Positions 29,723 through 38,834 of a stretch of 64,000 bases of DNA are shown in pieces (the stretch's first letter is position 1; every line of letters starts with the position of its first letter). Made by a program: the position numbers and the translations under genes. Under the pieces are notes generated by a model, which searched no databases, had not been told where the DNA came from, and worked only from the letters and a program-made list of their open reading frames with translations. This DNA is from a virus (Duplodnaviria; Caudoviricetes), in the IMG/VR virus record IMGVR_UViG_2700988923_000001, positions 5,865-69,864 of that record; one strand, 5' to 3'.

Positions 29723-30327
29723 GTCTCAAGCTCTGCACCTCGGAGTACATGCTCAGCAACGTCAACGGCATCGGCGTCCGGCGCGGCTGGCTGCCGCGCG
29801 TCTTGAGCGAGCAGTTCCTCGAATCGCAGAAAGACGGCGAGATCAAGTTGTCGCCGGACCCGGTGACGATGATCGACGGCGACGTGACGTGGCACAACGA
29901 TGACGCGGGCGACCAGATCGTGTTCGTGCTGGTGCACCGCGCACCGCGCACGATCATCGCGCAGTCGCCCTCGACGGTCGTGATTCACGATGCGTGGACC
30001 AAGCGCGTCGGCGTGGCTCCGAGCGCCGACTACCCGAGCGTCGCACAGGACACGTTCGGCGGTCGGCTGCAGATCGACCGCGCCGAGGTCGCGCCGGACG
30101 ACATCAAGTTCGGGCGGTATTTTCTCGACGGCGACGACAGCCAGACGTGGGTGCCTGTGGGCCTAGTCCCGCAAGGTCAAGGCTTCCACTTCCGCTACAT
30201 CGCTTCGGTCCAGACGCCGGGCACGTGGGTCTCGCCCGGCACCAACTCCGACGTCACGCCGCGCTGGGAGGCCTATGCACGTTGGACGCGCCTGGTGGCG
30301 CTCGGATGGCCGGTGGGTTCGCTATGA
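29719..30327 (+). CDS. Minor tail protein (paralog 2 of 3)
   Basis: ATGA overlap; 202 aa. Confidence 0.6.
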   Translation: MSLKLCTSEYMLSNVNGIGVRRGWLPRVLSEQFLESQKDGEIKLSPDPVTMIDGDVTWHNDDAGDQIVFVLVHRAPRTIIAQSPSTVVIHDAWTKRVGVAPSADYPSVAQDTFGGRLQIDRAEVAPDDIKFGRYFLDGDDSQTWVPVGLVPQGQGFHFRYIASVQTPGTWVSPGTNSDVTPRWEAYARWTRLVALGWPVGSL

Positions 30328-30944
30328 CAGCTCCGATCAACTCCGATCACTTTGAGATCAGGCCTGACGGCTCGATCGCTCCGCAGCCGTGGATGCAGTG
30401 GCGGCACGTCGCCACGATCGAGGCAGCCTCCAAGACGGGCAGCTACGCGCCCATCGGCGGCATCAACAAGAACGACCTGCTGCACAAGTTGCAGCTGCCG
30501 TGGCAGAACAACAGCCCGATCCCTCAGCACTGCTACGGCCTGATCACGCGCGGCGGGTGCCGGGTGACGCTGCAGGCGCGCTCGGTCGGGTACCTGCAGG
30601 TGACCTCGGGGTACAAGCTCAACGCGCCCGGCGACGCCGGACCCTTGGAGATCGCGAGCCGGGTGGGGTGCGGCGCGGACATGGGGCGCGGCGGCACGCT
30701 CGCCGTCGGTACCGAGTTCGGGATTATCGAGGAACGCATGAACAGCGTGACGTTCCCGCTCGCGCCGGAGCGGGCCGGGTGGCCGGTGATCGAGCCGGGC
30801 GACCTGATCACCGCGCGGGTCGAGGTGCGGTTCATCTCGCAGCAGTGGGAAACGACCAGCATCGACGGCGGCACCTCGGGCAGCGATTCCAGCTACACCA
30901 GCGGCGCAACGCGGCTCGATCTGTTCGCGGTGCCGGTAATCTGA
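30324..30944 (+). CDS. Minor tail protein (paralog 3 of 3)
   Basis: ATGA overlap; 206 aa. Confidence 0.6.
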   Translation: MTAPINSDHFEIRPDGSIAPQPWMQWRHVATIEAASKTGSYAPIGGINKNDLLHKLQLPWQNNSPIPQHCYGLITRGGCRVTLQARSVGYLQVTSGYKLNAPGDAGPLEIASRVGCGADMGRGGTLAVGTEFGIIEERMNSVTFPLAPERAGWPVIEPGDLITARVEVRFISQQWETTSIDGGTSGSDSSYTSGATRLDLFAVPVI

Positions 30945-30967
30945 GGACATGCCTCGGAGATTGACCA

Positions 30968-31315
30968 ATGGGCTTTGAGCCGCCTGCCGGGTACGTCGAC
31001 TGCGAAGCCGACGCGGAGGCCTCACCGCCGAACGCCGGACCCTTCCATGAGATCGAGGTGGCCGACGTCGGCGTGATTCACGCCCGGCGACCGCTGCCCA
31101 ATGCGATACCGGCGCTGAGCAGCGCGGCCAGCCCCAAGGTCTCCGAGATCAACCGCCTCGGGTACCTGAACCTGTTCGTCCAGAACCACCTCGCCGAGGG
31201 CGAGTATGAGGCGCTGCTGGCGCGGATGCTCGACCCCGATGAGGACGTGCCGCCGGACGCCATGCTGCGAGTCTCCCGCGCGATTGCGACGGCGGGTACC
31301 GCCCGCCCTACCTAG
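30968..31315 (+). CDS. Tail assembly chaperone paralog (G-like)
   Basis: LFVQNHLAEGEYEALLARMLDPDED resembles LFIARHLSPESYGRVFSRLMDPDEE of 13995..14561; ends RPT*. Confidence 0.6.
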   Translation: MGFEPPAGYVDCEADAEASPPNAGPFHEIEVADVGVIHARRPLPNAIPALSSAASPKVSEINRLGYLNLFVQNHLAEGEYEALLARMLDPDEDVPPDAMLRVSRAIATAGTARPT

Positions 31316-31332
31316 CCGTCATCAACCTCGCG

Positions 31333-31656
31333 TTGATGGCGGCGCACAACTGGCGGGCGCTGCGGAGCCGCCTGCACGACAAGGGCATCGCCGACCCGAT
31401 GGCGATGCCGTCGATGCACGCGGTGCTCGACGTGATCGAGGCGATGGGCCTCGAATCGGCGGTCCACGGGGCCACCAAAGAGATCGAGGCCAAGGCCAAG
31501 ATCAGCGCGTTCTACAACAAGCTCTATGCGCCGGACCCGACCGCCCGCATCATCAACGGCGACGGCTGGCAGCCGCAACCCGCCGGGTTCGAGGAGGCCG
31601 AAATTGAGGCCTCGTTCGATGCGTTCATGTCCGCTGTCAACGCGAGCGGCGGCTGA
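31333..31656 (+). CDS. T-like ORF, probably reached by -1 frameshift from 30968 ORF
   Basis: In the -1 frame, open from before the upstream stop; no RBS. Confidence 0.55.
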   Translation: MMAAHNWRALRSRLHDKGIADPMAMPSMHAVLDVIEAMGLESAVHGATKEIEAKAKISAFYNKLYAPDPTARIINGDGWQPQPAGFEEAEIEASFDAFMSAVNASGG

Positions 31657-31673
31657 GCCGTTATCCTGCCCGT

Positions 31674-32084
31674 ATGACCATCGCCAACGTCATGATGGAC
31701 ACCGCGCAGCCGGTCGGCTCGAAACTTGACGATGAGATGATCGCCGAGATCGAGGAGATTGCCCCCGGCATCCCGCCGGACGGCACCATCACCGAGGCCA
31801 AGCTGCACGCGCAAGCGGTCTCCAAAGAGAAGATCAAGCCGGGCGCGGTCGACTCGACCATCATCGCCGAGGGCGGCGTCAAGGCCATCAACTACGAGTC
31901 CAAGAGCGTCGGCAGCGCCGCGCTCGCCGATCACTCGGTCGGAGTCCTGCAGGCCGGGACCGGCGTGTGCACCGCGTACGACGCGGCGGGTAACCCCGTC
32001 GAGTCCAAGCGGGTCTACCTCACCGCTGCCCAGTACGCGCTGATCGAGACCCCTGACCCCAACACCGACTACTACATCAGCTGA
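31674..32084 (+). CDS. Tail fiber-like adaptor protein
   Basis: DGTITEAKL/GAVDSTII repeats; C-terminal LTAAQY..PNTDY motif. Confidence 0.6.
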   Translation: MTIANVMMDTAQPVGSKLDDEMIAEIEEIAPGIPPDGTITEAKLHAQAVSKEKIKPGAVDSTIIAEGGVKAINYESKSVGSAALADHSVGVLQAGTGVCTAYDAAGNPVESKRVYLTAAQYALIETPDPNTDYYIS

Positions 32085-33235
32085 TGCCGCCTGTCCTCCG
32101 CCGGGGCGCGGAACCGCCCATCACCTCGATCATCCGAGGCACCACGCCCATCAACGAGATCAGGCGCGGCTCGACGCTGATCTGGTCCCGCTCGGTCATC
32201 CACGACGGGTTCGACCTCGGCGGCATCTTGGAGCGGTGGATCAACGAACTCCGCTCCGGCGACCTCGGCGCGCTGTGTCTCGACGTCACGGGCACGCTGG
32301 TCGACGGTCTCGGCAACGCGATCGGTACGACCGTCGACTACGTGGAGGGCGGCGTCAACGGTCTCGGCAAGCTGGTCAACAACGCGGGCACCTCGTTGGT
32401 CGATGCTTACTGCGGGGCGTGGGGCGGGTCGGTCGCGCCGGACGGCCTGATTGGTCTCGTCAACGGCATCCCGATCTTCGGGCCGATCCTCGGCGACTGG
32501 CTGAGCGGCGAGTTCGACATCGAATCCATCATCGGCCAGATTCCGGTCGTGTCCGAGATCGGGCGGCTGATCGGCCTGTTCCCCGACGTCGAGGGCAACC
32601 TGCTCGACCCGCTCAACTACGTCGTCAACGCGGCGGGCGAGGTCATCGGCGTGCTCTCCTGCGGCGAGTTCAAGCCGACCGGTGGCGTGTTCGAGGGCGT
32701 GTGCTTCGTCATCGGCAGCGTCGGCAACGCGGCGCGAATGCTGGTGCCGGACGGCCTGATGAGCCTGAACAAGCAGGTCTCTCGGGTCCGGCACGAGACC
32801 GTGCTGCCCGGCGACGACGGCTTCATTGAGACCCGCATCGCGGAGCTGGGCGACCCCGGCTACGTGACGCAGCTGTTCCGCCGGTACGCCAACGACGGCT
32901 CCGGTGCTCGCGGAGTCGGCCTCGACTTCCGCAACTCGCAGGTCTCGATCGTGCGCCGGGTCGCCTCCGCCGACGTCCTGGTGGCTCCGAACATCGCGAG
33001 CTTCGGGCCGAACGACACCTTCCGCCTCACTCAGACCGGAAACCTCCACAGCCTCATCAAGAACGGCGAGCCGGTGCTGTCGCCGAGCGGCAGCGAGGTC
33101 ACGTGGAATGACGCGACCGGGACGGCGGCGACCGGCGCGAGCAACCGCAGCGTGGCGATGATGATGCAGTCGGCGAAGGAACTGAGCGGGTCGCGCCTGT
33201 TCAGCCCTTCGCTCGACTACGTTGACGCGGCTTAG
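32084..33235 (+). CDS. Minor tail/structural protein
   Basis: 383 aa, TGATG-coupled; N-terminal IRRGSTLIW. Confidence 0.65.
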   Translation: MPPVLRRGAEPPITSIIRGTTPINEIRRGSTLIWSRSVIHDGFDLGGILERWINELRSGDLGALCLDVTGTLVDGLGNAIGTTVDYVEGGVNGLGKLVNNAGTSLVDAYCGAWGGSVAPDGLIGLVNGIPIFGPILGDWLSGEFDIESIIGQIPVVSEIGRLIGLFPDVEGNLLDPLNYVVNAAGEVIGVLSCGEFKPTGGVFEGVCFVIGSVGNAARMLVPDGLMSLNKQVSRVRHETVLPGDDGFIETRIAELGDPGYVTQLFRRYANDGSGARGVGLDFRNSQVSIVRRVASADVLVAPNIASFGPNDTFRLTQTGNLHSLIKNGEPVLSPSGSEVTWNDATGTAATGASNRSVAMMMQSAKELSGSRLFSPSLDYVDAA

Positions 33236-33477
33236 GACGCACGCCGTTCGCGGGTCTCTCGCCAACGCTCGCGGGTGATCCGCTCGGCGGCGACACTCGG
33301 GGCGGGCGGAGGCGTAGCGGCCTCTGCACGGGCACGCAGGGCAGCAAGACGCATCTGGTCCCGATAGAGCGCAGTGCCGATCATCATCCCGCCGACGACG
33401 GCGACGACCCACGACTGCGGCTCATGGGAGATCACCCCGGCGAGTAGTGTCAGCAATCCAGCGAACAGCAGTCTCAC
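33232..33477 (-). CDS. Small membrane protein
   Basis: GAGGAG RBS before GTG; two hydrophobic segments. Confidence 0.6.
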   Translation of the reverse strand: MRLLFAGLLTLLAGVISHEPQSWVVAVVGGMMIGTALYRDQMRLAALRARAEAATPPPAPSVAAERITRERWRETRERRAS

Positions 33478-33574
33478 CGAGGTCTCCTCTGCGGGTGCTG
33501 CGGCGGCATCGAGACGATGACCTTGCGATCGGGGTGCTTGATCGGCTCGGCGAGCACCCACAGCTGCCACGGCT

Positions 33575-33784
33575 TCATCTCTGGTGCCTTGCGCCGTGCC
33601 AACCTCGACCGGGACGCTCGGCGTGCCAGGCGTCGATGGTCTCCGGCTTCCAACCCTTGTGCGTGCCGACCTCGACGTCATGCGGCGGCAGCTCGGCGAG
33701 CGAGACGCTGCGGCGCGACTTCACACCGATGCGCCGCGCGACCTCCGCGTGACTCAAGTACCGGGGCACCTTGCGTGCGGGCAT
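33575..33784 (-). CDS. Helix-turn-helix DNA-binding protein (AlpA/Xis-like)
   Basis: YLSHAEVARRIGV...GWKPETIDAW. Confidence 0.7.
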   Translation of the reverse strand: MPARKVPRYLSHAEVARRIGVKSRRSVSLAELPPHDVEVGTHKGWKPETIDAWHAERPGRGWHGARHQR

Positions 33785-34170
33785 CAGCTCGCCTCCTCGC
33801 TCACTTCCCCGACAAGGGTAAGCACGACACGGGTCGCAGGGGTAGAGGCAGCGCCGATCACATGTGCGCGGTAGGCCACATTCCGCTCCCACTCCCATCG
33901 CGGGTCGCGCTGCACCTCGACGTTGACCTCACCGCCGTGGGTCGCGGCATATTCCAGGACCGAATCGACGGCGGCGTCGAACTGGTCGACAAGCTCGGTC
34001 ACCTTGTCCAGGAACCCCGCCGGGCACATATTGTCGCCCTTCTCGATGCGCTGGTAGTCGCGCCGATCGAACGCGAGCCGCGACGCCATGCCGCGCTGCG
34101 ACAGACCCATGTAGGCGCGGTGGGCGGTGATCGTCTCGCCCAGTCCCATCGTGCGGGTCTCGGGATTCAT
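33784..34170 (-). CDS. XRE-type helix-turn-helix DNA-binding protein
   Basis: RAYMGLSQRGMASRL...YQRIEKG. Confidence 0.75.
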   Translation of the reverse strand: MNPETRTMGLGETITAHRAYMGLSQRGMASRLAFDRRDYQRIEKGDNMCPAGFLDKVTELVDQFDAAVDSVLEYAATHGGEVNVEVQRDPRWEWERNVAYRAHVIGAASTPATRVVLTLVGEVSEEAS

Positions 34171-34196
34171 CGTGTTCTCCTCTGTGTTGACGGGTC

Positions 34197-34229
34197 GACC
34201 CCGGCCCGCCCGAGGGCAAGGCCGGGGTC
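34197..34229 (-). other. Intergenic stem-loop
   Basis: GACCCCGGCC / GGCCGGGGTC 10-bp stem. Confidence 0.45.
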
Positions 34230-34252
34230 TCTGTTCTCGCAGCTCCGGCGGG

Positions 34253-35038
34253 TTACCACCCGAGCTTTTTGCGGCAGTCCGGCCCGATGCCGTATGCCCG
34301 GCTCTCATCGTTGGTCAGGGTCCGACCGCAGACACCGCACTCGCCGATCTCGTGGCCGTACCGGGCGGAGGCCTCGGCGGGTCCGGCAGCCGCGATCTTC
34401 TGCAGTACGGCCTGGCCTGCCTTCTGGCTGAGGCGCTGCTCGTCGTCGGAGACCATCAGCTTGACGAACACGTACCCGGCCCAGCGTCCCTCGGTCGGGC
34501 GGTCGACCTTGTAGAAGGCGAGCGCGTTGGTCGCGCCATCCTCGGTCTCGACCGCGTACCGACCGGCGGGGACGTCGATGCTCGCGACGTCGTTGCGGCG
34601 CTCATCCTCTTCCCACTGGCCCAGGGTCTCGATCGGGCGGTTCTTGCGGGGCAGCGTCTTGAGCCAGTCGACCAGCTTGCTCGCGCCCGCCTTGGTCAGC
34701 GGGGCGTAGGCGAACTCGTAGCCCGGCGCGGCGGTCCCGCCCTCGGCCATGTGGTCGAGCAGCGCGTTGACCCGAGCGCCGTACGGGGCACCGCGTCCGA
34801 CGACACCGTTGATGACGCGGCTGATCTCCGCCGGGGTCTCGTCGGCCATCGGGGCGTAGGCCCAGGTGATGACCATGTTGAGGACGGCGCACCGGCTGAC
34901 GTACTTGGCCTGTGCGAGGTTCGAGTCATTCCATTCGCGACCGGCGAGCAAGTCCTTGATGTAGTTGAGCTGGCCGTCGGTGGCGTTGATGCGCGTCGCG
35001 GGCCGGACGGTCGTGGCGGCGAAGGCGGGGGTTCCCAT
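34253..35038 (-). CDS. DUF6011-like Zn-finger protein
   Basis: C-terminal CGVCGRTLTNDESRAYGIGPDC. Confidence 0.75.
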   Translation of the reverse strand: MGTPAFAATTVRPATRINATDGQLNYIKDLLAGREWNDSNLAQAKYVSRCAVLNMVITWAYAPMADETPAEISRVINGVVGRGAPYGARVNALLDHMAEGGTAAPGYEFAYAPLTKAGASKLVDWLKTLPRKNRPIETLGQWEEDERRNDVASIDVPAGRYAVETEDGATNALAFYKVDRPTEGRWAGYVFVKLMVSDDEQRLSQKAGQAVLQKIAAAGPAEASARYGHEIGECGVCGRTLTNDESRAYGIGPDCRKKLGW

Positions 35039-35056
35039 GATCTTGACTCCATCTCC

Positions 35057-35112
35057 GGCGGGTCGGTCCCGCCTACACGCTCAAAGATACCCGACTAGGG
35101 CGGGAAAGTCTA
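35057..35112 (-). promoter_or_regulatory. Repeated promoter/stem-loop cassette, copy 2
   Basis: TAGACT-N17-TATCTT plus GGCGGGACCGACCCGCC hairpin. Confidence 0.75.
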
Positions 35113-35168
35113 GGGGTCCGCACGATCGCCCGATACGCTGTGGAGACAACCACCAGAGGAGACCCCGA

Positions 35169-36731
35169 GTGACCGAGCGCGTGCTGCCATTTGACCGCAA
35201 GATCATCCGTCAGGACACCGGTTACTGGTGCGGCCCGGCCTCGACTCAGATGGCTCTGTCCGCACGCGGCAAGTACGTCGATGAGGCGACGCTCGCCCGC
35301 GAATGCAAGACGACCGTCAACGGCACCGACAACGTGGGCCTGATCGAACGGGTGCTCGACGTCCGGCTGCCCGAGGGCAACTACACCTCGATGTACCCCG
35401 GCGGCGTGAAGATCGGCAGCCCGGCCCGACCGGCAGCGGAGCGCAAGACGCGGTTCTGGTGGGACATCGTGCGCTCGATCGACAACGGGTTCGCCGTCAT
35501 CCTCAACTGGGTCGTGCCCCCGGCCCGAAAGCCGATCAGAGCCGTCAAAGGCAGCACCAACCCGTCGTACGGCGGCGGGACGACGTACCACTACGTGACC
35601 GCCGTCGGTTGGTCCGATGAGGGCAACAACGGTCGCCCGGCGGTGCTCATCGCCGACAGCGGATTCGCGCCGAACGTCTACTGGGTCGACCTCGATACCG
35701 CGTTCGCCCTGATCCACACCGACCTCTGGAAGGGGTATGCGTACGCGGACCTGCCGCTGATCGCCCCGCCTCCGCCCGGCGTCGAGGTGCCGCCGGGTAT
35801 CCCGGTCAAGCCGGGCACCCCGCCGGTCGCCGTGACCCCTCCTGTGCCTGCTCCGCCGACGCAGCCGCCTCCGACCAAGCTCGGCTCGCTCACCGACCCC
35901 TTCACGGGCGCGCTGTGGTCTCCGAACCACTACGACGGGCGCGGAGGCCTCGGCACGCCGGGGTGGATCGCCGTGCACACGCAGGAGGGCGGGCGCACCG
36001 CTCGCGATCTCGCGCTGTTCCTCGCGAACCCGGCCAACGAGGTCTCGTACCACTCGGTCAACGACGACATCGAGGTGCTCAAGTGCGTCGCGGAGACCGA
36101 CGCGCCGTGGTCCGCGTCCAACGCCAACAAGTACGCCTTCCACCACTGCTTTGCCGGTAGCTACGCCGGGTGGTCGCGGGACAAGTGGCTGTCGCCGGAC
36201 GCCAGCGACGGCAAGAACGAGGACGTGCAGCTGACCAAGGGCGCACACGTCGTCGCCTGGTGGTGCGACAAGTACGGCATCCCGGCGGAGTGGATCGGCG
36301 GGCGGGCGCAGCCGCCGTGGGGTGCTCGCGGCATCCTCGGCCACGTCGACCTCGGTCAGTGGGGCGGCGGGCATTTCGATCCCGGCGGCAACTTCCCCGT
36401 CAACGAGTTCATCCGGCGCGTCGTGACGTTCCTGACCGGCGAGGTCCAGCCGCCGTTGGAGCCGCTGCCGCCGGTCGTGCAGCCGGGCACGAACCCCGAT
36501 GCCTACAGCGACTGGATGCTGGTGCGCGGCGACCCGCGCAACGACGTCGACCGGGTGATGCGGGTGCAGTCCAAGCTCAAGCGCGCGTACGCCGCCTACG
36601 CCGGACACCTCGACGTCGATGGCATCTTCGGCCCGGCGACGCAGGCAGCGGTGCGCGAGTTCCAGCGTCGCTCGAACCTTGTGGCTGACGGCATCGTCGG
36701 CCCGATGACAGCTGCAGCACTACGTCCGTGA
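35169..36731 (+). CDS. lysA: Lysin A (C39-like peptidase + amidase + PG-binding)
   Basis: QDTGYWCGPAS..HY..ADSG; VHTQE..SYH..GH..HFDPG; VDGIFGPAT..FQ. Confidence 0.9.
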   Translation: MTERVLPFDRKIIRQDTGYWCGPASTQMALSARGKYVDEATLARECKTTVNGTDNVGLIERVLDVRLPEGNYTSMYPGGVKIGSPARPAAERKTRFWWDIVRSIDNGFAVILNWVVPPARKPIRAVKGSTNPSYGGGTTYHYVTAVGWSDEGNNGRPAVLIADSGFAPNVYWVDLDTAFALIHTDLWKGYAYADLPLIAPPPPGVEVPPGIPVKPGTPPVAVTPPVPAPPTQPPPTKLGSLTDPFTGALWSPNHYDGRGGLGTPGWIAVHTQEGGRTARDLALFLANPANEVSYHSVNDDIEVLKCVAETDAPWSASNANKYAFHHCFAGSYAGWSRDKWLSPDASDGKNEDVQLTKGAHVVAWWCDKYGIPAEWIGGRAQPPWGARGILGHVDLGQWGGGHFDPGGNFPVNEFIRRVVTFLTGEVQPPLEPLPPVVQPGTNPDAYSDWMLVRGDPRNDVDRVMRVQSKLKRAYAAYAGHLDVDGIFGPATQAAVREFQRRSNLVADGIVGPMTAAALRP

Positions 36732-36745
36732 GGAGACCGAGCGAC

Positions 36746-36865
36746 GTGACGACGTTGGGATGGCTACTGGTGATCATCCTCGGCGTCGCCGCTTCGCTCG
36801 GGTGGGGTGGCCTGTGGTGGTCGCTCCGATCTGACCCCTACCGCCCATCTGACAGGAGACGATGA
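36746..36865 (+). CDS. 39-aa single-TM peptide in lysis cassette
   Basis: Not in ORF track; AGGAG RBS; MTTLGWLLVIILGVAASLGWGGLWWSLRSDPYRPSDRRR; ATGA overlap with lysB. Confidence 0.65.
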   Translation: MTTLGWLLVIILGVAASLGWGGLWWSLRSDPYRPSDRRR

Positions 36866-38124
36866 TGCCGGAACTCAAGCTCGGCTATCAGGGACCGCTC
36901 TACGCGCCGTGGTTCGACTGGTTCACCCGCAAGTACAGCCAGACCGCTCCGCTGCTCGGGAAGCGGGACGGCTATTTCGGCTCCGACGAGAAGCGCGCCG
37001 TCGAGCAGCTGCAGCGCAACCTCGGCATCGTCATCGACGGCGTGTTCGGCGACCGCACCGCGTCGGCAGCCGGGTACACCTGGCCCGGCGCGAGCGCTCC
37101 GCCGGTCGTCGCCCCGCGTCGCCCGATCTGGTTCTACTCGTGCCCCGGCTCCGGCGCGGACTGGTGGCTTGGTCCCAGCTACGACGTCGGCCAGATGGTC
37201 GCCGGGACGGGGTGGAATGAGCCGGGGCGGCGGAGCCTCAACATCAACCACCAGCCGGTCGGCTTCCCCAAGGGCGGCTACCTCGGGCTGATGGGCGGCG
37301 ACCCGACGTTCAGCTACATCGAGGTCATCACCGCCCAGAAGGTCGAGTTTGCGCGCCTGCTGCGGGAGAACCCCGACGTGAAGCGGGCGATGGAGGCGCG
37401 GCGGCGGGACCGCTCCGCGCGGGTCGACGTCGAGCTGTGGCCGTCCGGCTACAGCCAGTCAGCCGACGGCATGTGCGACGCGGTGGCGGAGCTGTTCGGC
37501 GACGGCGGCGAGTTCGAGCTGATCCGCGACCGCATCAACGGCCTCATCCTGTTCGGCAACCCGGCGACCCCGGTCACCGGTATCGCCCGCAAGACGTACC
37601 CGGCCTGGCTGAACGCGCTCATGCGGAACATCAACATGAGCGACGACTTCTATGCCGTCGCCAAAGATCGCATCCGCCCCGCGTTCTACGCCGAGATCAT
37701 CAAGGCGGAGATGGAGCTGCCGTTCTTCGTCCATGTGCTGCGTATCGCGGTCCCGATCGTGCTGTCGTGGGCCTCGACGCTGCTGCCGTTCCTCGGTCCG
37801 CTCTTGGGCGGTCTCGGGCCGGGCGTACAGCTCGGTCTCGGGATGATCAGCGGCCTGCAGGGTCTCGGCTCCAACCCGGCTCTCACACAACTGCTCGGCA
37901 TGGCGAACGGCTCCGCTGACCTGCAGACGACCGAGCGCGTCGAGGACATCCTGTCGCCGACCGGCATCCTCGACAACATCCCCGACCTCATCGCGATGCT
38001 CGGGGCGCTGCCCGGCCTGCAGAGCCACGGCCTGTACCACGCGACCGCTCCGGCCCGGCCCGAGTTCGGCAACCGCGTCGGTACCCAGTTCGCCTACGAC
38101 ATCATCGCCGGGTTCCGTCGGTGA
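36862..38124 (+). CDS. lysB: Lysin B (PG-binding + cutinase-like esterase)
   Basis: LQRNLGIVIDGVFG; GYSQS nucleophile elbow; LFGNP; C-terminal His (SHGLY). Confidence 0.8.
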   Translation: MMPELKLGYQGPLYAPWFDWFTRKYSQTAPLLGKRDGYFGSDEKRAVEQLQRNLGIVIDGVFGDRTASAAGYTWPGASAPPVVAPRRPIWFYSCPGSGADWWLGPSYDVGQMVAGTGWNEPGRRSLNINHQPVGFPKGGYLGLMGGDPTFSYIEVITAQKVEFARLLRENPDVKRAMEARRRDRSARVDVELWPSGYSQSADGMCDAVAELFGDGGEFELIRDRINGLILFGNPATPVTGIARKTYPAWLNALMRNINMSDDFYAVAKDRIRPAFYAEIIKAEMELPFFVHVLRIAVPIVLSWASTLLPFLGPLLGGLGPGVQLGLGMISGLQGLGSNPALTQLLGMANGSADLQTTERVEDILSPTGILDNIPDLIAMLGALPGLQSHGLYHATAPARPEFGNRVGTQFAYDIIAGFRR

Positions 38125-38179
38125 GGTAATCTGCAGGTGCGCGGCGGTGTTGTCTTCGTGGTTGTGGACACAGAGCGCA

Positions 38180-38214
38180 GAGACCCGGCACCTTCGGGGT
38201 AGGTGCCGGGTCTC
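38180..38214. terminator. 14-bp hairpin between convergent lysB and left-facing operon
   Basis: GAGACCCGGCACCT-N7-AGGTGCCGGGTCTC. Confidence 0.75.
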
Positions 38215-38231
38215 CGTTTGTTCGGGGCAGA

Positions 38232-38834
38232 TCAGCCCTGAGCAGCCGCGCGCCACTCGTTGTAGATCGCCTGATCCTCCTCGGTCGCCGCGACCAAGAT
38301 GATCGGAGCGTCCTGGTTGGGCTTGCGCTCGCCCTTGCGGATGCGCCCGAGCACCCACGAGATGTCGCGGTCGAGCATCCGCTTGCCCTCGCGGACCAGC
38401 GGGCCATTGAAGAACAGCAGGTCGTCAATCCGGTCGCCGACCTCGAACTCTTCGCACGCCTCGTACTCGCCGAACTTGTTCGTGAAGCCGAACTCGTCGG
38501 GCAGGGTGAGCGGGATGATGTCGACCTTGACGAACTCCTGCAGCGGCTTCTCGGGCGTGCTGTAGGCGGTCTTCATCGAGCCGTGCTCAGTGGTGTGCAT
38601 CAGCACCAGCTGGTCCAGGAAATGGAGCGGCTTGTACCCGGCGATGCCCGCCGGAGCGGCGGGGGTGTCGAACGGGCTGGCACCCTTCTTCGCGATCGGC
38701 GCATCCCCGCCCATCGGCGCGGCGTCGGGCAGCGAGGCGGCGTCAGCCTTGGCCTTCGCAGCCGGAGCCGCCTTCTTGGCGGGAGCGGCGGTGGCGGCAG
38801 CGCCACCCTTCTTGTCAAACGGTGAACCGGCCAT
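38232..38834 (-). CDS. Hypothetical replication-region protein (possible ssDNA-binding)
   Basis: 200 aa, GAAAGGA RBS, downstream of exonuclease; function is a guess. Confidence 0.6.
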   Translation of the reverse strand: MAGSPFDKKGGAAATAAPAKKAAPAAKAKADAASLPDAAPMGGDAPIAKKGASPFDTPAAPAGIAGYKPLHFLDQLVLMHTTEHGSMKTAYSTPEKPLQEFVKVDIIPLTLPDEFGFTNKFGEYEACEEFEVGDRIDDLLFFNGPLVREGKRMLDRDISWVLGRIRKGERKPNQDAPIILVAATEEDQAIYNEWRAAAQG

